A program made the translations under genes and the position numbers. The notes under the pieces were generated by a model, which did no database searches, was not told the DNA's origin, and worked only from the letters and a program-made list of their open reading frames with translations. A DNA stretch of 64,000 nt from Azolla caroliniana (Eukaryota; Plantae; Polypodiophyta), in contig JBHGNT010000002.1 in assembly GCA_043228905.1 (NCBI GenBank), forward strand, positions 12,834,001-12,898,000. The letters run 5' to 3'. Position 1 is the first letter of the stretch; the number at the start of each line of letters is the position of its first letter. Shown one piece after another: positions 26,601-39,700 of this stretch.

Positions 26601-26625
26601 ATGACGCGAAGGGACACAGAGATAG
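20627..26625 (-). mobile_element. GC-rich Ty3/gypsy element of fungal Ylt1-like type, with internal deletions
   Basis: LTR ends TGTCG.GTTACTACGC at 20627 and 26452; gag 25610-26434; LVDHGSEINL protease; RT WFTIPKKNGTLRFIQDLQPIN...LPQGGTNSV...FLDDIPIKG; RNase H VDTSPTGIG; integrase ADRGE...ANGKVERGH truncated near 21198. Confidence 0.9.
26430..26447 (-). promoter_or_regulatory. 18-nt PBS complementary to plant cytosolic tRNA-Trp
   Basis: Plus-strand TTCACGTCGGGTTCACCA matches the recalled 3' end of plant tRNA-Trp(CCA) including CCA; 4 nt from the LTR. Confidence 0.85.
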
Positions 26626-27137
26626 TGATCTGTTTTCTCTGGGTTTGTGAACCCCCGTGGTTTTTCCCATTTCCGGTTTTCCACGTAAAATATCGGCGTC
26701 TCTATGTCTTCACGTTTTTCTTGTTTGTGTACTAGTTCTTGGTTTCTGCACACGAATACGAACGTGAAACCGGTTGTGGCCGGTCGATTCCTTACAAAGT
26801 GGTATCAGAGCGATGGAAGACTCGTTCGGCGGCATGTTTATGCTAACGGGCTCCAACTACTCAGTGTGGAAGTCGACGATGAGAGGCATGCTCGTGTGCG
26901 AAGACCTTTGGCTGCCAGTGCAGTTCGGACATAAAAGACCAAACAAGATTGATGGAGCAACATGGGAAGTGTTGCATCTAAAGGCGGCTGCATACATAAG
27001 GTGTTTTATTGATATGATTCTATACAACAACTTTGGCGAAGAAACAAATGCAGAAGTCCATGGAAGAAGATCAGTGTCATGTTCAAAAACAAAAACGCTG
27101 TGAATTGAGTGTCAATATTTTGAAAAATTGTGAGGCT
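26622..27137 (+). mobile_element. Copia fragment: 3' part of LTR, PBS and start of gag (same family as 16087)
   Basis: Similar to about 16371-16886; TGGTATCAGAGCG followed directly by ATG at about 26813. Confidence 0.88.
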
Positions 27138-29435
27138 TCATATTCTTCTCCGGTTGAGAGTTGGATTGGTGGTGGAGGAGAATGGTGTTGATTGGGGATT
27201 TCAGATATATGGCAAGGTTCTAGAAGGGAGACATGGAATACATTATGAATATGGAAGTGGGATGGTAGCTCTAAGCGAACAACCATGGAACCAATTTTCT
27301 CAATGATTCAGAAAGGGCCTAACTTCTTGTAATCAAGCTTCGGACAAGGATGAGTGGTGCCAATATTGCGACGGAGAAGCCAAACAAAATCACCTACCTC
27401 GAACCGGGGAGCATCTAAGCGAAGATGGTCAGCTTGCTCCTTGTAGCATTCGCCAACGAGGGTGAGTTCCAAGGAAAGACCACAATGTAAATCCTCTAAG
27501 ACACGTGCTCGGTCCTCCACAGAAGGATTCAAAGAGTCTAAGGGAAGCGAAATGTTGAAGTGGGCGTGGAGACCGTAGTTTGCAAAAAATGGAGTAACTC
27601 CCATAGATGTATGTAGAGAGTTGTTGTAGGTGAACTTGGCAAGTGGGAGAAGGTCAACCTAGTTGTCTTGTTGGTAGCTAAGAGAGCACCGCAAGTATTG
27701 TTCCAAGATTTGGTTAACCCGGTCCATTTGTCCATCGGTTTGTGGATCATAGGCGGAAGATAGTTTCATAGTACAACCGAAGGTTTGCAGAAGGCACCGC
27801 CAGAAATTGGAAACAAATCGTGGTCCTCGATTAGAAGTGATATCGTCCGGGAGTCCATGTAGTCGAACCACATTTTTGAAAAGCAAATCGGCTGTTTCCT
27901 ATCTGGTAATGGTTTTGGCACATGGAGCAAAATGAATCATCTTGGTGAAGCAATCAACCATGACGAATACCGAGTCATACCCACCATGAAAAGGAAGGTC
28001 AGTGATGTAATTCCATGGAAAGAGAGGCCTAAGGCTGTTTGGGGATTGGGAGAGGGTGAAGGAGACCATATGGTCGATGATGAGATGCTTTAGAGCGAGC
28101 ACAAACGTCGCATGATTTAACGAACTCCTTGACCAATTTCCATGGTTGTGGCCACCAGTACCCCGGAGATATCAACTCCAAGGTTTTCGCAACGCCAAAA
28201 TGACCAACAAGTGGATCATCGTGACACTCGTGAAGCACCCTGGTCCGACAGGGACCTTCTGGGACATACAAAAGATTATCTCGAAACAAAAGATTATCTT
28301 GAATTGTATAACGAGCTAAATCAGGCCTTTTGGGTTCGTGGGAGGGGTTTGTGATACTTGCCTTGACCTCTGTGGTGAACTTATCAGTCTTAGTGGCTTT
28401 TTCTATTTGCTTGAGCAAAGAGTCATCCCGGAGCAAGTAAGTAGCAAAGTTGTAGAATTGGTCACGCTTTAACAAACTCTGGGACTGCTGAACATAGGCT
28501 TCATCCTCTGAAGTGAGTTCGAACTCAGATCGATGGGATAAAACATCGGCTGCCATGTGTTGAGCGCCAGGTCGAAAGATTATCGCGCCTGTCTACGATT
28601 TGACCATCGCGCCTCATAGTCTGCTAAGAAGTTTGACCATCGCGCCTGTCTATGATTTAAGGTTCGTGTGGTAGAAAAGTATATTAGATTTTTGTGATCG
28701 GTAATCACTTGGATATGGTGTTGCACCCCGGCTAAATAGGGTCTTCATTCTTCAAAAGAAGCAATAATAGCGAGAAGCTCCTTGTCGTATATGGGGTAGT
28801 TGATTTCTAGGGCCGTGAATTTGCAGGAGAAGTAAGCCACCGAGTGAAGCACATGGACCTCATCTGGTTGCGAGAGGATCGCCCCAATGGTGAAATCGGA
28901 AGTATCCATTTTGACTTGAAAAGGCTTAGTGGGGTCAGGATGTAAGAGGACTGGTGCGATAGTAAAGGCTTGTTTCAGCAAGTCGAATGCCTTTTGTGTA
29001 GTTGTCCATTCAAAAGTAGTATCCTTGCGGGTAAGAGAAATGAGAGGTTGTGCAACCACTGAGAATCCTTTGATGAAGAGATGATAAAAATTGGCAAAAC
29101 CAAGGAATGATTGCACATCTCGTACCTGCATTGGGACAACCCACTCTTGGATAGTCTTGACTTTCCGTGTGTCCATTGTGATTCCCTGTGTCGAAATGAC
29201 ATACCCAAGAAACTCTACACAATTACGATCAAATTCACATTTTTCACTTTTAGCATAGAGTCCATGCTTGCAAGGTTTGGCGAGGACTAACCTAACATGT
29301 CGAGTATGCTCCTTGATGTTCAAAGAGAAGACCAAGATATCATCTAGATAGATCACAACAAAATGATCTAGATATTCTCGGAAGATGTCATTCATCATAT
29401 GCTGGGATACTTCAGGAGCATTAGTGAGGCTGAAA

Positions 29436-29693
29436 AGCATTACCTTATACTCGAAATGACCGTAACGCATTCTAAAGGAAATTTTCCATTCATCTCCAGG
29501 TTTGATCCGTACCAGATTGTATGCTCCCCGTAGGTCAATCTTAGAGAAGTACTGCCCAGTTCTGAGCATTACCTTATACTCAAAATGACTGTAGTGCATT
29601 CTAAAGGAAGTTTTCCATTCATCTCTAGGTTTGATCCGTACTAGATTGTATGCTCCCCATAGGTCAATCTTAGAGAAGATCTGCCCAGTCCAG
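29436..29693 (-). repeat. In-frame 129-bp tandem duplication within RT
   Basis: FSKIDL.GAYNLVRIKP.DEWK.SFRM.Y.HFEYKVML occurs twice in ORF 28745-29911. Confidence 0.9.
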
Positions 29694-32059
29694 AGTCGAT
29701 CCAACAACTCTAGGATGAGAGGCAGTGGGTAGCGGTTGCGAACAATAATCTTGTTTAGACCCCGATAGTCAACGCAGAGGCGTAAGGAGCCATCTTTATT
29801 TTTCACGAACAAAATAGGAGCTCCTTCTAGTGATTTTGAGGGTTGATTAAAACCCTTTACAAGGTTCTTGTCGAGATAAGTTCGGAGTGCTTGGAGTTCT
29901 GGTTCTGACAAACCATAAATTGGCCAAAGGGAGGACTGACACCTTCTTGCAAATCAATTGGACAGTCGTAGCGTCGATGCTTAGGCAAGTGATCAACATT
30001 CTTTATCTCAAACACGTCCCTGAAGTCTTCATAATTGGACGGTAGTGAGTCAGTAGCTATCCTAATTGGATTGCTCGACTCAGAGGCACTACACACTATT
30101 TTCCTTGTTGTGACTGGATGTGAGCATCCGCCTTGGAGCTAATTCTTGCTTTAATGGGAGGGTGAGCACCTACTACAACATGACATACTGCTTGCACCTC
30201 CGAGCTGGTTTGGGAGAAAGTAGAGTGATTGTGCCAATCAACAAGTGGATTTTGTGCCTTCAGCCAAGACAAACCAAGGATGAACGGATGTCGCAGTGAA
30301 GTGATAACATAAAACGTTAAGGCCTCCTGGTGGTCCCCGAACTGTAAGATAAGTGGAACAGTGGCTTCGGTGACTGCTCCTGAAGAAAGCATGCGTCCAT
30401 CAATAGCTTCCACTAGGATTGGCTTGGACAATTGGACAACCGGAAATTTGTGTTTACGAACGAACCTTTTGTCCATAAAACACGTTGTTGCCCCGGAATC
30501 AAGAAGTCTTAAGGACCTAATTGAAATCGACTTGAAATGGATGCTTACCGAAAAGGAGAAATCTTTTGTCGATGTAGCCAAACTATGTGCGCGACACGAA
30601 TGCGGATTGTCCAACCACATGGCTCCTATTGTAGTTGGACACCGTCGTTTTCTGCTTGTTGGATCCGTCTTGTCGTATTGTTTGTAGATATTTGTTGTTG
30701 ATTATTCTTGATTGGGAAAAAACGAATTAGATGGGTGGATGCACCACAATATAATCATAGTCCGTTAGTTCGGCAATACCTCCGTTCTGTCTCGATGAGT
30801 GGCGGGTCGCGATCTCGATCAATTTCCATCGGCGCGGCGTCATCGTACGATGACGATGGAGAAGATCTCGAAGAGGGTTTCCACCTTGAAGTTGCTCGTT
30901 ACTCTTGACGAAGCTCAAACAACCGATCGTCACAATTAACTGCTTGCATGATGGCTTGCGACCATGACGTAGGCTCCGGAAAGTTGAGGAGTAAATATTT
31001 AATCTCGCTTCGAAGGCCTCGACGAAAATGGTGATAGAGAGCTTGGCCATCCCACTGAACATCACATGCTAATTGTCTAAATTCAGAGACATACCTTGAT
31101 TTAATGAATAGAGTTTGGTAATGGCAGTTCGGTGTCGGTTTGTATCCCCAAATGTTGCCTCAAACTTTGCCAGAAAGGCAAGAAATTTTTGTAGAAGTGG
31201 TGATGAAGTTTCGACCAATGCTGCAAACCAGGCTTGTGCAGCTCCTGACAAAAGGGTCTCGATGAGACCAACTTGACGAAAATCATCTGCATACCGTTGA
31301 GGCTGTAGTTGGATAATAAGCTTGATCTAATTTATGAACCCTCGGAAGTGCTTCCTCGTGCCATCGAACTTGTCAGGTAAACTAATCTTGGGCTCCATAC
31401 TTGTAGTCGGATGGGGAGGAGTTGGAGAAAGCCTAGATGAGGAACCAGACTCTATAGGTAGAACATTTGTTGATGCAGGAGGAGAGTTGGTTTTTTCTTC
31501 GAGTTCTATCGGTGTTCCAACTTGAAGCTTCTGTAACGACTCTTGAAGGTTGTTATTCTCAAGTTGAAGGTTGTCATTTTCAAGTTGAAGTTTATGCATG
31601 GCTTCCATGAGCTGAAGATCCGACATGTTGACGCTTAGAAATGGGAAGGTGAACAAATTGTCACGGAAGGGTGGAATGAGGCTAGGTACTAAGAGAGAGC
31701 GAAAGCATAAACAAGATCACAAGATTGTCACGGACAAGTAGACGAGGCTCAATATTAAGAGATAACAGGAGAGAGAGCATAGACAAGAGAACAAGCAAGA
31801 GAGAGAGAAAATAGACAAATGAACAAGAATTGAATTATGCTTTTGTAACTGGTATTGTTCAGCTTGATTGTAATCAAGGTGCACCCCAATATTTATACAA
31901 GAATGTGGAGGTATGCATGAAAGTTAGAAGACTTCTAGAGAGCGCATGGAAACTTCTAGAGAGTGCATGAAGATGCATTCTCTAGAAGGTTTTTGAAAGT
32001 TCTAGTGATCAATCTATAATGTTATAAGTTGAATCTTATACAATACAATAACGCATAGA

Positions 32060-32129
32060 TGGATGTAGCTCAATTGTTAAGGTTGCCCAATAAGACCAGA
32101 AGGTCATGGGTTCAACCCCCACCACTCCA
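32060..32129 (+). other. tRNA-like (SINE-head-like) Pol III promoter remnant at the LTR terminus
   Basis: A-box-like TAGCTCAATTG 32066-32076; AGGTC; T-arm ATGGG-TTCAACC-CCCAC; imperfect acceptor TGGA(-)TG/CACTCCA; anticodon arm degenerate. Confidence 0.55.
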
Positions 32130-32150
32130 TGTGGCATCCTGTCTATGACA

Positions 32151-35100
32151 ATGCTCGCGGAAAAAATGGTAGTACACCTCAATGTGCTTGGTCCGGGCAT
32201 GGAAGACGGGGTTCTTCACAAGTTGGACACTGTTAAAGTTGTCTCAATAGATCGTTGTCGGATCGGACACCTCCACCTGCAGATCCTTGAGTAGCCTCTT
32301 GCGCCAGATGACTTCACACATAGCGACAACCGCTCCTCAATACTCAGCCTCCGTGCTTGACAATGCCACTATCGGCTGCTTTTTACTGCTCCATGCGATC
32401 GCCACACTTCCCAATGAAAATGCGTATATCCAGATGTTGATCTGCGATCGCCAGCATTTCTGGCCCAATCGGCATCCGTGTAACCGACTAACAGCTGGGC
32501 TACTCCTACCTATAGCAACGCCATGTCCTTAGTGTTGCTAACATACCACAATATCCTTTGCGCGCACTGAAGGTGTTTGGTCATGGGCTATGACATAAAT
32601 TAACTTATCAGGCCGACCGGGTAACTAAGATCCAGTCGAGTGATCGTCAAATAAATTAGGCTTCTGAAAATCTATCGGAACTGTGTTGGGTCACACGCCT
32701 TTCCCGAATCTCAGTGAAGCTTGATGTTTCTGTCTAGAGGAGTTGAGATGGACTTACAATCTGCCATCCTGAATTTGAAGAGCATACTCAACACATAATA
32801 TCGTTGGTTGATCTGTATGCCTTTGGAGGTGCGGATCACTTTGATCCCTAGGAAGTAATGATGGTCCCCTACATCCTTCATGTTGAATGATGCTGCGACC
32901 TGGGACTTTACGCGACTGATTTCATCTAGGTCAGCGCCAACGATGACTAAATCATCGACATAAAGTAAAATACTAACAGATCCATGTCGACCTTGCTGGA
33001 AGAACAATGAAGAGCCCGATTTGGACGTCGCAAACCCCATCCGAAGCAGGCGTTGCGTGATCTTCGCGTTCCACGCACGCGGGGCTTGTTTTAGTCTGTA
33101 GAGGGACTTCTTCAGTCGGCATACCGCCGAGGTGTTCTCTCTGAACTGAAATCCGGGGGGTTGTACCATGTACACTTGTTCCTCTAGTTCTCCTTGAAGA
33201 AACGCATTCTTTACATCCATCTGATGTAAATGCCACCTCTTTACTGCTGCTACCGCAAGCTGGACAAGGACAATTGTCATTTTGGTGACTGGTGCAAAGG
33301 TCTCATCGTAGTCGATGCCGTGTTGTTGTGTGTATTTCTTTGCTACTAACCGGGCCTTGTAGTGGTTGATAGAGCCGTTGGTGTTGTACTTGACCTTGTA
33401 CACCAACCTGCATACAATCGGCTTTACACCCTTCGGGGCGTCAACCAGGTCCCTGGTTTCATTTTCCGCTAACGCGAGCATCTCTTCCTCCATTGCGGCA
33501 CACCAATTTGCGTCCTTCGCTGCTTCTGCATAACTCTCCAGCTCACACAGTTCCGCCACTCGCGTCATGTATGCATAATAATTGTGCCATGTACTCATTG
33601 TATCCAAACCACACCACGGGGTTCTTCTAGTGGGTAGATTGGCGTAATTGCTCATTAGTCGATTTTAAGGCCCTCTTCGCCGACGCGGGCTTCATTTCCG
33701 AAGGACTGTCTTCGTTCTTCTTGAAGTAGGATTCACTTTGATCTGACTCGTGTTTACCAGTGCCGTACTCCGGCATCTTTTTCATTCCCTTCTCTTTGTG
33801 CATAAACCATCTCCTCGACTTCCTATGCGGAGAATGAACGACCGAGTCTCCACTACTCGCTAGCTTTGCGTCTGAGTTGTCATGCCGACTCAGTCACTCA
33901 TTCGGCCCACTGACTCTCTTCAAGAGCTCCGATGTCTCCTTCATCCCGAGGCATTTCAGACTCACTGACCTCTTCGTCAGAGATCGGAATGGAGTCGTTA
34001 GGAGTTGGAGGCGAAGGCAAGTACCACGACGCGTACTCGGCGAACACAACATCACGACTTACATGAGATTTTTTGGTTTAGGGGTTATAACACTTATAAC
34101 CCTTCTGTTCATTCGAGTAGCCAACCAAGATACACTTCTTAGCTTTGGCATTCAACTTCTTCCGTTTTTCCTTTGGCACATGCACATCCGCAATGCTACC
34201 CAAGACCGGTAAGTGTGCCAAGTTCGGCTTCTTCTTGATGTACACTCATGTGATGACACTCCTCCATTGGCAGATGCCCGATTGTGAAGGTAGATGGCTG
34301 TTTTGACTGCTTCGGCCTAATAGAACTTTGGAAGATGCTTCTCTTCAAGCATTGCCCTTGCCACCTTTTCTATCGTCTGATCCTTCGTCTCGGCCACGCT
34401 GTTTTGTTGCGGAGTGTATCTACATGAGAATTCACGTTGAATTCCCTCCTTCTGTAGATAACTCAAGAATTGGTTGGAGAAGTACTCCTTCCCGCCATCG
34501 GACCTTAGGCACTTGATCTTTCGCCTGCTTTCCCTTTCCGCAAGGCTCTTTACCTTGAGGAAACATTGCCAAGTGTGCCAAGTGAAGTCATTGATGAAGG
34601 TTACAAAGTAACGGCTTCCTCTGATGCTCACGTTCTGTGTCGGTCCTCATATATCCGAATGGATCACATCGAGTAGATTTCAACTCCGATTATGCTCGTT
34701 GGGAAATGGAAGTCGGTGCTACTTCCCGAGCTTGCAAGCTTCGCAGACTTGGCCGTACCGGCCACTAAAATTTGGCAATCTGAAAATGATGTTCTTCATC
34801 CGCATTTTATGAAGGCATGGGAAGTTAACATGGCCGAACCGCTTGTGCCATAGGTCGATGTACGAATCGACTTTCGTTCCTTTCGCGAACAACGCAGTTA
34901 GGACTTCATTGGTATTGAGGATGAACATCCTCCCTTCTCGGTGCCCTTGCGCAATGACTTTCCTGTCTTCTTCGATGTAGCAATCTATATGCGTGAATCG
35001 AACTTGCATCCCTTGGTTGACGATCTGTCCGACTGAGACTGTGTTCTTCGTTATTGTTAGGACGTGTAGCATGTTCATGAGTTTCCCTTTCTGCTTGACG

Positions 35101-36766
35101 TGGCTGAGGGGTACTTGACCGACATGTTCGATGGTATGCGGAGTGTCATCTCCTGTTTCGACCACTCCCTGTTTTTCCGGTTTCTCCAAGTACAAGAACC
35201 ATTCCTTGTGACTTGTCATATGATTTGATGCTTCAGAGTCAACATACCACACCTCCTTCAGTTTAGAGGTGTTCACCGCCATCGAATTGGCTTTGTGCTT
35301 CATTACGAAGGCTAGGCCCGATCCATTTTTGGCTCGTTCGGAGCCCTCGGCGTAGTGCGATAGCTGTCGATTTCCTTGTTCGGTCCGCCTAGAGCCGAAT
35401 GTAGTTCTCTCCGAATCGGCATGTTTCTTCCAGCACTCGCTCTCCCTGTGGCCTTTCTTTCCATAGTACTAGCATTCCGCGACAGGCTTTCCTTGCCAGT
35501 TTTCGGTGCCGCCTCGACTCCCCCTGCTTCGGGAGGGTTCAGAACTATTGTTGGCATTACGACCATGCCTTCCATCTTGGTCATGTCGGCCACCTCCATT
35601 GTGCGTCAACTCGCGTCGTTCGCCAAGACCACGGGGGCTATCTTCTTCCGTGTACAACATCTTGTTGTCGGCGTGCGTACTTATGGAGGCACCCCCATGG
35701 TTATCCTTTTACTAGGAGCATCGACTGCAAATCGAAAAACAACAACGTATTCTCCCTCGTACAAACAGTAGTTTGGAATGCTCCAAACTTTGACGCTAAC
35801 CCTCCGAAGTTAACCTGCACCATTTTGTCCTCCTCGACGTTTACATCGACGGAGGCAAGAGAGTCACATATGTTCTTGATCATGGAGGTGTAATCAGCGA
35901 ACGACATATCTCGTTGTCGAACATTGCTCAACTCTTGCCTACGTTGGAGCTTTCTGGTTGTGGTGCTCGCGGTGAAAATCTTTTTGAGATTTCCCCAAGC
36001 ATTCTTCGGTGTCCTCGCATATCGAATGTAGCTCAAAAGCTGATCGTGCACATAGGATGCGAAGTAGTAGAGAAATCTGCTTGGCACCTATTCCTAGGTC
36101 AGGAAATCTCTGTGTGACAATTCGGGTGCTGTGTCATTACCTCCATTGACATAACTCCAGTAGCCATGCCCGGGCAGGTACTGGTGCATCTTGTACGATC
36201 AAGATGCATAGTTGTACGACCAAGAAGGTGCATCGACATATCTCTGTCGGAAGTGAGCTAGCCATTCCTTTGTCCATTCTTTCCTTCTTTTGTTCTTCAT
36301 TGTGAGCAACAGAGGATCTCAACCCTCACGTTCTGGTACCATGTCAAGGAATACGTGTGGAAGCGTAACAGACACAACTGGGTAACAACAGACAAAAGTC
36401 GAGAGACAAGGAAGGTTTAATGGAAAGCCTAATCAATATAGCGTACACAGGAGAGACAAAGAGAGCAGAACCCAAAAAACTCTATTCCAAAACAATACTC
36501 TAAAACTCTGTACATAAGACGTGCTCAGAGAGCACTTTTATACAAGTCCATACGGACTGATAGAAGTACTTACTCGTACTTCAATGCTCATCAATGAGCC
36601 CCTACACTAACTCCCAAAAATATATTCCTCTGAGGAATATCTATCCAACGGCCTCCTGATTTACACACTGCTACGACCTCTCGTTGCGCACCCGGTTTAT
36701 GCACCCAATCTATGCACTCATTTACGCACCGGTTTATGCACCCAATGTTGAGCTTGTATCTCAACA
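32151..36766 (-). mobile_element. Degenerate Ty1/copia element (same family as 46897-52633), interrupted in RNase H by the Tcn1-like element
   Basis: 5' LTR 36342-36766; PBS TGGTACCAGA; gag MDKGMASSLPTE; WYVDSEASNHM protease; RT MDVKNAFLQG and LLYVDDL. Confidence 0.92.
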
Positions 36767-39700
36767 AAGTACAAGTTAGGACACCGAGTTGTCAACTTCA
36801 GGTCGAAGCCCTCGTAGATACCGGAGCCAATTCTTGTTTCATGGATAGAGAGTTTGCCCAAAAACATCAAATATCCTTGCATACCCTTCCTTGCCTAGTT
36901 TCCGTAGTAGTGATTGATGGATGTCCCATAGCTTCAGGGAAGATATTCGAAGAGTCTGAGCCAATACACATACTCTCAGGTGATTTAGGATGTGTAGTTT
37001 CCTTTAATATAATACGTAGCCCTGAGCATCCAATTGTCCTTGGTTTGCCATGGTTCGAGCTACATAACCCAAGAATCGATTGGAGGAGGCAAGAAAACAA
37101 CATTGCTAAAGATCAAACCCAGGAATATTCCCTTAAAGAATATAGTTCTACCAGTGCACCATCTCCGTTTCATCAAATCTCAACCATCACATTGCAACAA
37201 TTGTCCTAAGTGGGACGAAAGGAGGAACTTTTCTTATTTGCAATATTAGTGACACCTTCTTTTATTTCTTTATTTCTTTTTTTTCCGAAAAAAACTCCTT
37301 CCATTAGTTATAAAGATTTTACAGATAAGACTATTATATACAAATCCCTATAGGGACACGATAGGTCCATCTTATGTGGATGCCCACTGCCTCAAGAAAA
37401 GGAGAGGATGACCATTGTTGGATAAAGACTAGTTGTCTTTCAACACTATCGGAGTCGCCCTTGAGGCCATCATATTGGCTTTTTAGAGTGGCTACAATTG
37501 CACTCCATATCTCTTGCATTAAAATTATTGGTTGCGCGCTTTGGTTGGAAAAGACCCGTCTACACCGTTGTTTCCATAGAATCCAAAGAATTATTGGGTT
37601 GACCAAGTCCAACACAACTTGAGATTTGGCACTAATAGGAGTTGAGTGGATATTGCTGATGGTGGAGAAAAAAATCTCTTGTGCTTTTATAACCAAAGTC
37701 ATCCCCTCTTCCCAATGCTCATAGCTGTCAATTGGGGCTTGCCATGATAGCCAACATACATTCCCCCACTTGATTGAGCCTTGCACTTGGCATAATTGCA
37801 ATAAGCGGACAACCCCCCACCATATTCAATGGGACTTTGGGCAGTCCCATAGAGCATGTCGTGTGGATTCTAATACAGTTGGGCATGCTACACAATTAGA
37901 AGAGTTGAGGTTCCCACGCTGCCATGCACCAACCGGTAGTGACTTATGTATTAATAGCCATTGGAAAGTGGTGATTTGCCTCGTGTGTTGTTGGTTCCAA
38001 AGTTTCTGCCAAAACTTGGTCATAATTGTGTAAGGAACATGATATGTGTGCCAGACCTTTGCAGCAGCTAGCTCTTGAGCGGATTGAGTGGCTATAATAT
38101 GGCGACCCAATCTAGTTGTGAATTGAAAGAAAGGGATAGGTTTGCTTCCTTGCTCCACGTAAGGATCACAACATGTCCATTGCAAAGGGTCCCAACTGAC
38201 CTTACGTTGCCTTGTGTTTTCATGAGTACATATGTGTCAATCTGGTTGTACTTTTATCGGATCAGGATCTACAATCCATTTCTGCCCAATATATGCTAGT
38301 ATTCGAATTGCCTTATGTTGTGTTGATGTCTCGTTGTCCTGCAATTCAGAGCCTTCGATCCTGTCCGGTGTGTCCTTACCTCTTGGGATCAAAGAGCCCT
38401 CCTCCTTGTAGCGTATCCATTTCTCCGTTGTTGTCCTTTGGTGAGCAACTTCCCTAATCAGTAGAGCGTTAATGATTTCAGATCTCATAGCCCATCCACG
38501 CTTGATTCCATGGAGGATGTTGGCTTGGTCTTGTATTGGCAATGTCATAAGCCGTCTCCAACATTCTATACTTTTTCCTGGACCTTCCAACATCTATCCC
38601 CATGACAGCCCCTTACATGATCCAGTTAGTTAATTAGATTCATCCCTAATACATGGGTTCCATAGGATATGTTGACTAAGCCAGGCAGGTTCAGAATTGG
38701 GTTGATCACACTTGAGTCCTCGTCTAATGTCACACCATGGCTTCCACATGGATGCACTAAATCTATCCTCTAGTTGGTGGGAGAAACTAGGTTTGAGATC
38801 CATGTTTAGAATCCATCTAGTTTGGGGGGCCCAATTGGTCCCTTTTCGTGGCCTAAAGTAAGCGAAGCGTAACCGTAGTAACATTTTCCAACATTCATTC
38901 CCTGGTTGGAGTCCTCATACCACAAATTTGGCGAGTAGGGCTTTTGATTGTGAGAGGGGATCAATAAGACCCAATCCTCCTCTTGACTTAGGTGATGTGA
39001 GTATAGGCCACGCCACCTTCGCCTGAGTTGTATGATCTTCCTTACCACACCAAATGTAGTTGCATACCAGTCACTGAATCTGGTGTATACTTTCTTTCGA
39101 GATTTTCAAGCATGATAGGTTGTACCATGCTGTTGTGAGTAATACCTGGTTTGCCACTATGATGTGCCCAGCTAGCGAGAGTTTTTTCGAACTCCAATGT
39201 ATTAACTTTTGTCAAATGGAGTGAATAACTGGTGTAATCATAATAGTCTTTGGAGGTATGTTGAACCCAATTTGGAAACCCAAATATTTGGTGCTCACTC
39301 CTTGATTGATCCACTTGAAAGCAGGATCTAGGTGCCACGTAGGATGTGCTTCATGAGAGAGCCATATTGCACAAGATTTGTGCCAATTGATCATGGAATT
39401 GGATCTCTTGCAAAATACGGCTAAACCACTTTCTAGATTTTGTAAATTTTTCAAGTCGCCTCGCAAGTAGACCACAATGTCATCTACAAATTCTATATCT
39501 AGGAGGCTTTGATGAGAATGCGGCACACGAAGACCACGTAGGCTTAGATGCCGCGAGTTGAGAAAGCTAGAGAGTGCTTCGGTGTATAATAGAAATAAGG
39601 ATGGAGCCAGTGGGCAACCCGTCGGATGGACCGCGATATTCGGAAGAAAGGGGTTGTTGGCGTTCCCGTAAAGTCCTGTAATGCCTTTGATCCATGACTC

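Larger units (their letters stand above)
27138..32150 (-). mobile_element. Degenerate Tcn1-like chromovirus (gypsy), 3' end deleted inside the chromodomain
   Basis: 5' LTR 31659-32150 (TGTCA..TGACA); gag PDKFDGTR, PMEID and knuckle; LLDSGATTCF protease; RT YLDDIL; RNase H; integrase; GEEYE chromodomain start. Confidence 0.9.

Noticed and set aside
32060-32129. Functional tRNA gene
   Set aside because: D-stem and anticodon arm cannot be formed properly and no T-run terminator follows; kept only as a tRNA-like remnant
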